The notes under the pieces: generated by a model
The model's database searches: none
Seen by the model: only the letters and a program-made list of their open reading frames with translations
What the model was told of the DNA's origin: nothing
NCBI GenBank assembly: GCA_036481315.1
Contig: JAZGHS010000123.1
Span: forward strand, 1 to 59,270
Source of the DNA: Candidatus Zixiibacteriota bacterium
Lineage (GTDB): Bacteria > Zixibacteria > MSB-5A5 > UBA10806
Reading direction: 5' to 3'
DNA length: 59,270 nucleotides
Translations under genes and position numbers: made by a program
In this document: piece by piece, positions 9,100 to 17,748 of the stretch
How positions within the stretch are numbered: position 1 is the first letter of the stretch
How the letters are laid out: every line of letters starts with the position of its first letter

Positions 9100-9438
9100 A
9101 TGGCGTATACGTTTAAAGAAGAAAATGGAATAGTGGTATTTGAGTTGGCGGGCAAAATCATGGGCACCCCCGAAGACATGTCTATAATAGACAAATTCGG
9201 AGAATTGGCAGAACAGGAAAAGGTACAATTGGTGCTTGACTTATCTCGAGTAGATTGGATGAATTCCAGGGGATTGGGGATTTGCGTATCCGGAGTTACG
9301 ACAACCCGCAATCGCGGAGGCGACCTCAGGCTGGCCGCCCCCTCGGAGAATGTAAAAACCTTTTTGGATAAATGCAAAATGTTCGCCGTTATCAAAAGTT
9401 ACGATACTGTAGAAGAGGCTATAAAGAGCTTTCAATAG
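9100..9438 (+). CDS. STAS-domain anti-sigma-factor antagonist (SpoIIAA/RsbV-like)
   Basis: 112 aa. Motifs ..VVFELAGKI.., LVLDLSRVDWMNSRGLG (conserved phosphorylatable Ser context) and ..GGDLRLAAPSENVKTFLDK. AGGAGG RBS. Confidence 0.8.
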   Translation: MAYTFKEENGIVVFELAGKIMGTPEDMSIIDKFGELAEQEKVQLVLDLSRVDWMNSRGLGICVSGVTTTRNRGGDLRLAAPSENVKTFLDKCKMFAVIKSYDTVEEAIKSFQ

Positions 9439-9498
9439 TTTGTACGGTATTAATAAGATCTATATTGTGCAGAAATAGCGGGTTTAGTCCAGCCATCC

Positions 9499-12090
9499 TC
9501 AGAAACCCTCGGGCAAAGCATACCTTTTTATTAACTCTTGATAGCGCGGATTATCGCGGAATGGATCTATCCAGTGTTTGTATCTCAGCGTGTTCACGGT
9601 TATACTTGTTTCTCGAGCAAGTACAATTTCAAGCTCATCAATTGAATTCTCATATTCGCCACAATTCGCGAAAATTCTAGCTTTGGTCATATTATTTACA
9701 TCTTTTTCTAAGACGCATTCAATCGCTTCATCGCACTCTCCCAAAAACGAGAGAAGTAATCCTCGCCACCCCATACGCTTATCTGATTTTTTGTGTTCCG
9801 CCATTTTTCTTGCCTCTTCGCTATAACCTTCGAGAATGTCGAGATGGCTGAAAAAATAAAGTGAGCGCCCAGCAAAGATGTGGTTTTTGGTTGTATCCGC
9901 TTTTTGTTTACGGATATAGCTTGCTATAATCGAAACTGTTTGCAGGTCAGGTATATATCTTGTTATCCCCGAGTTATTGATAACATATTCTGTAGTATCA
10001 CAATGTTCAAGCGCTTCGCTTATAACCGGTTTTATTTTCTCTATATCTCCATAATGAGAAACCAGACCTTTAATTTTATCCTCGTAATAATATTGAACCT
10101 CCGGTTCCAGAGCAATAGCCCGATTGATAGTCTGCTCGGCTTCGTTGAATCTGCGGAGAGATCGCAAAACTGAAGCAATAGCCGCATGCCTTCTGGCATT
10201 TAACGGGTCGAGTTCAGCCGCTTTTTTTCGATTCTTCAGAGCTTCTTCAAACTTCCCTTGTCTCGCCTGTGCTGATGATATGGAATGTAGTAATTCGGGA
10301 TCGTTATGAAGTTCGGATTTTGCCATTGAATAATATTCGAGGGCACGATCATAATCGATATCAACATAGTAATAATAAGCCCCCAAGGCCAGGTATCCCT
10401 GCGGAAGTTCGGGTTGAAGTTCCAAAGATTGTTTCGCTGATTCTAAAGCGATTTTTCCATTTCTATGTTTTGGAGAATCGTATGCCCAGTGGGAATATGC
10501 CTCAGAACGCAAAGCATAGGCCAGCGCAAAAGTAGAGTCAAGAACGACAACACTGTCTAGTATGTCTTGAGCATCACTAGAACCGGAGTAATCACTTCTT
10601 CGCCTAATTTTTTGGAGGGCTTTAAGATATAGCTTATAAGCTTCAGAATTATCAGTTGGTATATTGTAGAGATTTTGCCTATCCTTTTCTAATAATGTCA
10701 AATCTAACTGCTCTACAATCTTTTCGGCGATATCGGCTTGAACTGCGAATATTTCCATCAAAGCTTGTTCATATATATCAGTCCAAATATGGCGGTCGTC
10801 GGATACTCGAATCAACTGTGGTGTGATGCGTACTTTTGATTGATCGCCGGTTTTGCTCCAGCGGACCGTTCCTTCAAGAACGTATTCGACTCCAAGCTCG
10901 CGGCCAACATCCTTCATTGTCATTTCGCCCGGTTTAATCATCATCGAACTGTACCTTGAGATCACTCCCAGCCCATCAATACCTGCCAGGCGAGAAGTTA
11001 TCTCATCTGTCATACCGTCCGCAAAATACTGATCATCGGGCGAGCCAAGGTTCTCAAATGGCAACACCGCGATCATAGGCACTTCGTCAGTGGTTCGATG
11101 GTCTTTGTTGATCGGTCCAATAGCATACATTATAGCGACGATCACAATCACCACAGAGGCGGTAATTCCTGCGATAAGCCAGGTCTTTTTCGGCTTTTGA
11201 GCTGTTATCCTCGAGTAGCCGGATTGCGATGAGTCATACATCAGTCGTTTCAAATCAGCAATGACATCCTCAGCGGATTGACAGCGCAGCTCTTTGTCCT
11301 TTTCCAGCAGTTTTGAAAGAACATCCTGCAACTTCTCAGGAACGTCTGATCTATAGCGGGTCAGCGGCTCGGCGTTGTCCTCGATGATAGCCTTGAGAGT
11401 AGCTCCCTCATTGTCCCGTTTAAACGGTGTCTTCCCCGTTATCAGTTCATAGAGAACGATACCCAATGAGAACAGATCGGAGCGATGATCGATGTCTCTG
11501 CCTGACACCTGTTCCGGCGACATATAAGAGATTGTGCCGAGGGTCGATCCCGTTCGTGTAAGTTTATCATCTCCCTTAGCCACGGCCAGCCCGAAATCGA
11601 GCAGACGTACACGCCCCTGTTTGTCGACTACGATATTAGCCGCCTTGATATCTCGATGTATTATACCCGCGCGATGTGCCTCTCCCAAACCCTGGCAGAT
11701 TTGAATAGCGTAGTCAACGATCAGGTCAAACGGGAGAGGTTTATCATGGCCAATATCACGCAGCGTCTCGCCCTCAACAAGTTCCATAACATAATAGGGC
11801 CGCCTATTGAATTCACTGACATCGTGGATGCTTATGATATTAGGGTGATTGAGCCTGGCTATCGTCTGAGCCTCGCGAACGAATCGAGTTTGAATCTCCT
11901 GGTCTGGCGAAAAGTGCGAGGGAAGGAATTTCATGGCGACCCTCCGTTTGAGCTTGGAGTCCTCCGCAAGATAAACTTCCCCCATACCACCGGCGCCAAT
12001 CTTCTCGATGATTTTATAATGAGAGATCATTGTCCCTTTAATTATGGGAACGAACGAGCGTGTGTTGTCTTCGTTATGTTCCATCGTCAT
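9499..12090 (-). CDS. Hanks-type Ser/Thr protein kinase with TM segment, TolB-N-like module and TPR repeats
   Basis: GAGGMGEVY, AMK, HRDIKAANIVV, DFGLA and SPE motifs. TM segment WLIAGITASVVIVIVAIMYAIG. AVLPFENLG..YFADGMTDEITSRL module, then TPR-like repeats. The start overlaps the upstream gene's end by 17 nt. Confidence 0.85.
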   Translation of the reverse strand: MTMEHNEDNTRSFVPIIKGTMISHYKIIEKIGAGGMGEVYLAEDSKLKRRVAMKFLPSHFSPDQEIQTRFVREAQTIARLNHPNIISIHDVSEFNRRPYYVMELVEGETLRDIGHDKPLPFDLIVDYAIQICQGLGEAHRAGIIHRDIKAANIVVDKQGRVRLLDFGLAVAKGDDKLTRTGSTLGTISYMSPEQVSGRDIDHRSDLFSLGIVLYELITGKTPFKRDNEGATLKAIIEDNAEPLTRYRSDVPEKLQDVLSKLLEKDKELRCQSAEDVIADLKRLMYDSSQSGYSRITAQKPKKTWLIAGITASVVIVIVAIMYAIGPINKDHRTTDEVPMIAVLPFENLGSPDDQYFADGMTDEITSRLAGIDGLGVISRYSSMMIKPGEMTMKDVGRELGVEYVLEGTVRWSKTGDQSKVRITPQLIRVSDDRHIWTDIYEQALMEIFAVQADIAEKIVEQLDLTLLEKDRQNLYNIPTDNSEAYKLYLKALQKIRRRSDYSGSSDAQDILDSVVVLDSTFALAYALRSEAYSHWAYDSPKHRNGKIALESAKQSLELQPELPQGYLALGAYYYYVDIDYDRALEYYSMAKSELHNDPELLHSISSAQARQGKFEEALKNRKKAAELDPLNARRHAAIASVLRSLRRFNEAEQTINRAIALEPEVQYYYEDKIKGLVSHYGDIEKIKPVISEALEHCDTTEYVINNSGITRYIPDLQTVSIIASYIRKQKADTTKNHIFAGRSLYFFSHLDILEGYSEEARKMAEHKKSDKRMGWRGLLLSFLGECDEAIECVLEKDVNNMTKARIFANCGEYENSIDELEIVLARETSITVNTLRYKHWIDPFRDNPRYQELIKRYALPEGF

Positions 12091-14656
12091 CGCCGTATTT
12101 CCTTAAAATGGCTCGGTAATGGGGATGATCTCGTAATGCGTCCCACTTCGGGTCGATTTGTAACAGATGAATGGAAAACCACGAGGGAATAGCTAAAAGA
12201 TACTCTATACATTCCAAGGCCTTATCGCATTCTCCAATTAAGGTGTAAGAAAATGCCTGATCTTCAACGCGGAAAGGACCAATAACAGCGTTTTTCGAAA
12301 CCGGGATGATTTCAACGGCCTTTTGGCTGCTAGCGATAGCCTCACCCTTTTGCCCGAGTCCGGCATAGGCTATTCCCAGCGAGCTATAAACCCGATCATC
12401 ATCCGGGCGCTTTTCCAGCTCTATTCGTAGTAGTCCGATAGCTGATTCGTATAATTCGCGAGAACGATTCTCGTCATCTAAAAGCTGGTACGTATGAGCG
12501 GCTAATAGATCTTTAAGAGTAAAATACCATTGGCCCTCATCAAAAACCACTTCGGCCTGGTCGAGAACATTTAGCGCCTCTTCATAATTTCTCGAAAGGA
12601 GTTCAAGTCGATATAATTCGAAAAGAATAGCGGCCGGTCGTTTTAATTCGCGGTCAATTCGTCTTGGCATAGCCTCCAATGTAGCTCGACCGCCTTGAAT
12701 ATCACCGTTATGCAGCCAGTAATTCCAAGCCTTGCAGATGTAAACGAATGTTTGATCGGGAGCTATCGATATGGAACGATCATAATAGTTATCCGCTTCC
12801 CTATATTTTCTCATTATCATATAAGCGCATCCGATCTCGTGAGCCAACGAAGCGTCCCGCGGACTCAATTCAAACGCTTTCTTATAATTATCAACAGTCT
12901 CGTCGATCCTACCCTGCCGCTTGATAATCGCGGCAACGACGGCCAATATCCTGGTGTCGTTTGGCAAATCTCGTTCAGCAATAGCGAATTCCTCAAGCGC
13001 TTTTTCATAATCTTGATGACACCAATGATGATAATAGCCTAAAGCCAGATGAACGTCAGGCAACGCGGGCTGTAGTTCGTGAGCGCGATCTATAGCTTTC
13101 TTAGCACTTAAAACACGTCCTTCAGTACGATCATATCCATGAAAATACAACGCTGAGTGAACCCTTGAAAGATCCGCGTAGGCCAACGCGAAATCGCCGT
13201 CAAGTTCGACCGCCCGTTCAAACATTTGTACAGCTAGCCTGAAATCCTCTTCGGCGTAATCCGGCCGCCCTGCGTATTCCAAACCACGGAGATAAGCTTG
13301 ATAAGCATCGAGATTGGACGTTGGCTTGGCTTCTACAATTCGACGTTCTGGTTCCAATAAAGCTATATTCAATTGTTCTATAACCCGTTCGGCAATTTCC
13401 GATTGAACATCGAAAATATCGTCCAATACACGATCATAACGTTCAGACCAGAGATGCGTATCGTCAGAGACCCTGATGAGCTGGGGAGTGATACGTACAC
13501 GGCTATCACCAGAACTCTTGCGATTCCAGCGTACAGTACCTTCAAGAACATAATCAACCCCCAGATCAGACGCTATTTCTTTAATGCTCGATCGTTCATT
13601 TTTATATTTCATAGCGCTGGTTCTGGATATGACTCCTAATTTGCGGACCGCTGCTAATCGGCTGGTAATCTCCTCGGTCACCCCATCCGCAAAATACTCT
13701 TCGTCGGGAGGTCCCAGGTTGTCAAAAGGCAATACGACAAGCATTTTAAGCTCGGTGGAGAATCGGGAAGAGATTTTAGATTTTGATTGATGGTGTTTTA
13801 AATCCGCTAAAAGATCAACTGCGCTTTGATACCTTGAATTAATATCTTTTCTAAGCGCCTTTTGAATAATCCGATCAAGCTCCATCGATACATTAGCCCT
13901 GAACCTCGCTAAAGGTTCAGGATCCGAATTGAGGAGCGCATGACTAACGGCGGCCTCGCTATTACCCTTAAATGGGGGGCGTCCCACTACCATTTCGTAT
14001 AATACTACACCAAGTGAAAAAAGGTCCGACCGTTGATCTATATCCTTTGCTTCGATTTGTTCCGGTGACATATAGCCAATCGTGCCGAGGGTTGAACCGG
14101 GCATAGTAAGTTTCTCAGATCCTTGAATGGCCGCCAGACCAAAATCAAGTAATTTAGCGCTACCATCGACGTCTATTACTATATTTGATGGTTTAATGTC
14201 CCGATGTATAATCCCAGCCTGGTGCGCTTTGTCGAGTCCCTCGCATATCCCGATGGCAATTTCGACAGTCTCCAATATCGATAGCTCATCGTTTTTAATT
14301 ACTTCTCTTAACACCCGACCTTCAATATGTTCCATAGCGAAATATGGGCGATCGTTATGATCGCCAACCTCATAAATGGTCACGATATTGGGATGATTCA
14401 ACTTGGCTGTCGCTTGCGCCTCGCGCTTAAAGCGCGACCTGCAGTCTTCGTCCTGGCAAAGGTGAGGAGGGAGGAATTTCAGCGCTACTTTGCGATTGAG
14501 TTCGGTGTCTTCTGCCAGATAAACCTCGCCCATACCGCCGGCGCCGATCTTCTCGATGATCTCGTAGTGGGAAATCATCGTCCCATTTGTTATTGGAACG
14601 AAAGAGCGGGTGTTGTCCATTCCGTTTTCACAGGGTTCAGATTTCACCACAAACAC
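12074..14656 (-). CDS. Hanks-type Ser/Thr protein kinase with TolB-N-like module and TPR repeats (tandem paralogue, no TM seen)
   Basis: GAGGMGEVY, ALK, HRDIKPSNIVI, DFGLA and SPE motifs. VVLPFDNLG..YFADGVTEEITSRL module and TPR repeats. The start could be the MDNTRSF Met at 14620, by homology with the neighbouring gene's N-terminus. Confidence 0.85.
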   Translation of the reverse strand: MFVVKSEPCENGMDNTRSFVPITNGTMISHYEIIEKIGAGGMGEVYLAEDTELNRKVALKFLPPHLCQDEDCRSRFKREAQATAKLNHPNIVTIYEVGDHNDRPYFAMEHIEGRVLREVIKNDELSILETVEIAIGICEGLDKAHQAGIIHRDIKPSNIVIDVDGSAKLLDFGLAAIQGSEKLTMPGSTLGTIGYMSPEQIEAKDIDQRSDLFSLGVVLYEMVVGRPPFKGNSEAAVSHALLNSDPEPLARFRANVSMELDRIIQKALRKDINSRYQSAVDLLADLKHHQSKSKISSRFSTELKMLVVLPFDNLGPPDEEYFADGVTEEITSRLAAVRKLGVISRTSAMKYKNERSSIKEIASDLGVDYVLEGTVRWNRKSSGDSRVRITPQLIRVSDDTHLWSERYDRVLDDIFDVQSEIAERVIEQLNIALLEPERRIVEAKPTSNLDAYQAYLRGLEYAGRPDYAEEDFRLAVQMFERAVELDGDFALAYADLSRVHSALYFHGYDRTEGRVLSAKKAIDRAHELQPALPDVHLALGYYHHWCHQDYEKALEEFAIAERDLPNDTRILAVVAAIIKRQGRIDETVDNYKKAFELSPRDASLAHEIGCAYMIMRKYREADNYYDRSISIAPDQTFVYICKAWNYWLHNGDIQGGRATLEAMPRRIDRELKRPAAILFELYRLELLSRNYEEALNVLDQAEVVFDEGQWYFTLKDLLAAHTYQLLDDENRSRELYESAIGLLRIELEKRPDDDRVYSSLGIAYAGLGQKGEAIASSQKAVEIIPVSKNAVIGPFRVEDQAFSYTLIGECDKALECIEYLLAIPSWFSIHLLQIDPKWDALRDHPHYRAILRKYGDDDGT

Positions 14657-14744
14657 TCCGCATTAATATCAGCGTACCAGAGAAAAATTAAGTCTTCTTA
14701 TTAAGAATAGTATATGATTAATGATCAATCAACACTTATTTATG

Positions 14745-16391
14745 CTATCGTTTCCTGCTCAAGACTATCATCGTAATGTCGTCACTACGAGGATTTTCCC
14801 CAATGAAATTATCGACCTCCGTCATGATCGTGTCCGTAAACACTTTTGGAGACTGTTCCGAACATTTCATTGCCAGTTTTTCTAATCTCTCATCGCCAAA
14901 CTGCTCATCCACGGAATTTATCGCTTCGGGAATTCCATCTGAAAAAATAAAGACAATATCCCCATCGTAAAAATCGATTGAGTCTTCTTTCCATTCATCA
15001 TAATCCATCATACCGATTGGAATCCCGGAGGCTTCGAGATATTCGGTTTTGCCGTCGCTTCGAATGAGCAAAGGAGGATTGTGGCCGGCATTAATAAATC
15101 TCATAGAATTTGATTCAGGGTTAAGTAAACCGATAAATAGAGTTGCGAAATCTCCCGGGCGGCTAAAGGTTTGCAGCTGTTTTGAGACTTTACAAACAGC
15201 ATCGAGTAAACTTATCTCCCCTACATTATAAAGTGTACGGAATGATGCCAATATATTCGATGCCTGCAGCGCCGCTCCCACCCCTTTACCCGAGACATCA
15301 GCCAAAATAAGCAAGATTCGCCCATCATCCAGTTCGATGGCATCATAAAGATCCCCTCCAACATGCTTACACTGAATCTGAAATGCGTTTAATCTGTAAC
15401 CGTCAATCGTTGGAAGCTCTTTTGGTAATAATTGCTTCTGAATTTGAGAAGCGATCGCCAACTCAGATTCAAGGATTTCTCTGGCTCGCCTTTCGCTTAA
15501 GAGATTATTATTTGTCATTTTCGCGGCAAGTATATTCGCGAATGTCGCTGTTATCCTGAGATAATCCTCTGTATAGTGGTGCGCCGGATTAGTAGTATCG
15601 GCGTATAAAATACCGAAAACCCGCCCCTCGTCATATAATGGCACAGCCATAGCGGATTTAATGCTCGATTTTATAATAGACTGTTGTTCAGCATATTTTT
15701 CTTCGGCTTGGGGATCTGAAATTAAAATGGCCTTTTTCTGACTGAGGATTTCTTTAATAATTGTCCTGGAGATACAAAATGATTTTGAATGCTTTTCGCC
15801 GGCAATACAACACGCGGACAGACAGACATCCTCTCCACTTTCATCAGTCAGGAATACGGCGATTCGTCCAGCGGGGATAACTTTTTGAAGTAATTCAATA
15901 CCTTTTTCCAGCATTTGCTCGTCATCACCAGGCAGAATTAGCATCTTACCGACTTCCGAAATTGCTTTGAAGACATTGGGATCTTCAAGAATCTTCGAGG
16001 GAAGAGGCTTGAGCGCCTCATCCATAGATATCAATGTAGCTCTAGTTAGATCTTCGTCGATATTAGTGATTTCTAATGAACTACCTTTAGTCTTCGAGAT
16101 ATCGGCCGTTGTAAATTCTAATTCTATCCTTCCAAGAGCAAAAATGTCTCCTTGCTTAAGACTAACAGGACTTTCAATTCTTTTTCCGTTAACTGTTGTT
16201 CCGTTATGGCTTCCTAGATCTGTCAGCTTGATTTTCTTTTCATTGACAATTTCAATTTTGGCATGCTTCCGGGAAACCGTGTCGTCCTCTATAACCAGAT
16301 CACATTCTAGATCCCTCCCTATAATATAGGTCCCTTTTTCAAGGTGCCAATCATGATGTTTCCTATCTGCGAGATTAAATATTCTTATCAT
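14745..16391 (-). CDS. FHA - GAF - PP2C/SpoIIE-type protein phosphatase
   Basis: N-terminal FHA domain (GTYIIGRDLECDLVIEDDTVSRKHAKIE..GSHNGTTVNG). Central GAF-like region. C-terminal PPM motifs GGDLYD, ADVSGKGVGAAL, FSDGIPEA and DDITMIVL. Confidence 0.85.
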   Translation of the reverse strand: MIRIFNLADRKHHDWHLEKGTYIIGRDLECDLVIEDDTVSRKHAKIEIVNEKKIKLTDLGSHNGTTVNGKRIESPVSLKQGDIFALGRIELEFTTADISKTKGSSLEITNIDEDLTRATLISMDEALKPLPSKILEDPNVFKAISEVGKMLILPGDDEQMLEKGIELLQKVIPAGRIAVFLTDESGEDVCLSACCIAGEKHSKSFCISRTIIKEILSQKKAILISDPQAEEKYAEQQSIIKSSIKSAMAVPLYDEGRVFGILYADTTNPAHHYTEDYLRITATFANILAAKMTNNNLLSERRAREILESELAIASQIQKQLLPKELPTIDGYRLNAFQIQCKHVGGDLYDAIELDDGRILLILADVSGKGVGAALQASNILASFRTLYNVGEISLLDAVCKVSKQLQTFSRPGDFATLFIGLLNPESNSMRFINAGHNPPLLIRSDGKTEYLEASGIPIGMMDYDEWKEDSIDFYDGDIVFIFSDGIPEAINSVDEQFGDERLEKLAMKCSEQSPKVFTDTIMTEVDNFIGENPRSDDITMIVLSRKR

Positions 16392-16492
16392 TTTGGCTTT
16401 CTGCCTACAACCTTTGCTTATTCATATTAATTTATTATAGGTGATTTCGATGAAGTTGGTCAAGATCATAAATCAGACTTATATGAATTATA

Positions 16493-16730
16493 CTATCGTT
16501 CATGTAAAAAGAGAATATTCGTTACCCGTCTTTGGATTCGTCCCACGACCGTCTTCTTCTCCACCCACCTATCGACCCGGCTCAGCCTAAACCTCACCCG
16601 ATTCCCAAGCTTCACATGCGGGATATAGCCTGTATGTTTTCATTGGTAAATAGTCGACGGCTTGACTCGGAGGTAGTCGGCGATTTTATCGATAACGAAA
16701 CTATGATATTTTTTTATCCAAACGGTTCAT
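16493..16730 (-). pseudogene. Decayed excisionase/AlpA-type helix-turn-helix gene
   Basis: The minus strand reads ..FVIDKIADYLRVKPSTIYQ*KHTGYIPHVKLGNRVRFRLSRVDRWVEKK. The in-frame TGA (16640-16642) sits where this HTH family usually has Trp. The only ATG (16730, MNRLDKK) is one frame off across an A7 run (16709-16715). Confidence 0.5.
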
Positions 16731-16788
16731 AAGCAAAATACCTCAAAACCACCCGCTTCTCCGCTTACAAGAGCCTATTGGAAACACC

Positions 16789-16821
16789 AAAACCGGGGTT
16801 GGGAGCCCCGGTTTTGTTTTT
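16789..16821. terminator. Strong hairpin terminator; also copy 2 of the 27-nt dispersed repeat
   Basis: AAAACCGGGG-TTGGGAG-CCCCGGTTTT, followed by GTTTTT. It lies 23 nt downstream of the minus-strand DinB gene and has a U-tract on both strands. Confidence 0.7.
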
Positions 16822-16843
16822 CAGAGGGTTTTATTTCCGAGGG

Positions 16844-17398
16844 TTATGTGAATACCGATTTGATACTGTCAAGCAAGATTTTGGTCGTCGAGTTTTTCTG
16901 GTCGGGCTTCCGGAATGTGGTGACCTTCTTTTTCATGCTTTTTATCGACGGGAGATTTGTCAGGTAGGTAATCTGGCCGATATGATGAGTCTCGTGCATA
17001 TAGCTATAGGCGAGATTTTGCCCTAATGTCTCGAACTGCCCCCAGCTTTTTTGATCCAGTACGGCCGGATCGGAATTCTCCAACAAATGCTCGGTCAAGG
17101 CCACGAGCCGGGCGTAGCGTTTTAGCAGTTCCGACGGTTCCGGGTATTCAGAGGGATCGTCTTTGGGAAATGTACCTCTGGCAAACAGATCGCCGAGATC
17201 GGCGGTTTGCGGATCTCCACCGAGCATTTCCACGATCTCCCCGCGGTTTAAGACGACATGCCCCAGAAGCCAGATCATTGGATTGCCCCTGTTTTCCGGT
17301 TTGATATAGAAGCTTTCCAGGGAGAATACCTTTAATAGCTTGGGAATATAGGTCCCGTTAAACCTGAATAATTCCGCCAATATCCGGGTAGTCTGCAT
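16844..17398 (-). CDS. DinB-superfamily protein
   Basis: 184 aa four-helix-bundle-type protein with the characteristic ..HETHHIGQITYL.. metal-binding His motif and an earlier LGHVV His. Confidence 0.7.
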   Translation of the reverse strand: MQTTRILAELFRFNGTYIPKLLKVFSLESFYIKPENRGNPMIWLLGHVVLNRGEIVEMLGGDPQTADLGDLFARGTFPKDDPSEYPEPSELLKRYARLVALTEHLLENSDPAVLDQKSWGQFETLGQNLAYSYMHETHHIGQITYLTNLPSIKSMKKKVTTFRKPDQKNSTTKILLDSIKSVFT

Positions 17399-17748
17399 TC
17401 GTCGCTCCTTTTATTTTTGCTTTCGATACTTAGTTCTATAGAAATTCATGCCATTTCAGGGGAAAATCGTTTATCTAAATCCCTTCTTGTTGATTCTAAA
17501 TAAGATAGAGTCGCGCCGGAATTCGCCAGAAGGCAAGTCCTCTATTCAAAAAATGAGCAATTGACAATATTCGCACAATCCGCAGGCCAATAAAGTCGGG
17601 ATTACTCCACAAAGATTGTGATAACTTTCACATAAATGATTTGCCCCGCCGGTAAATAAAGACTATCATGGTAGGGTGAAACCGAATTTAGATAAATCTT
17701 CAGCGCTCGTAGCTTCAACCAATGAAATTAATACGGGCAAGGAGAAAA

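Noticed and set aside
9087-9395. 102-aa minus-strand ORF opposite the STAS gene, and 9372..9680, a plus-strand ORF spanning the intergenic region.
   Set aside because: The STAS reading has an AGGAGG RBS and full family motifs. The alternatives lack motifs and an RBS and overlap supported genes.
16640-16642. In-frame TGA in the HTH relic as evidence of stop-codon reassignment (TGA=Trp/Gly) or selenocysteine.
   Set aside because: TGA clearly terminates well-supported genes in the same window (CoA-transferase, histidine kinase, radical SAM). The relic also needs a frameshift to reach a start codon. No SECIS-like context is evident.
16532-16732. 66-aa plus-strand track ORF.
   Set aside because: It is the antisense shadow of the HTH pseudogene. 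The sequence is Pro/His-rich with no RBS.
16789-16815. The repeated hairpin CCGGGG-TTGGGAG-CCCCGG as a tRNA T-arm fragment marking an integration site.
   Set aside because: The 7-nt loop has G where the invariant T-loop C56 should be (TTGGGAG versus TTCRANY). No acceptor-stem or other tRNA parts flank it.
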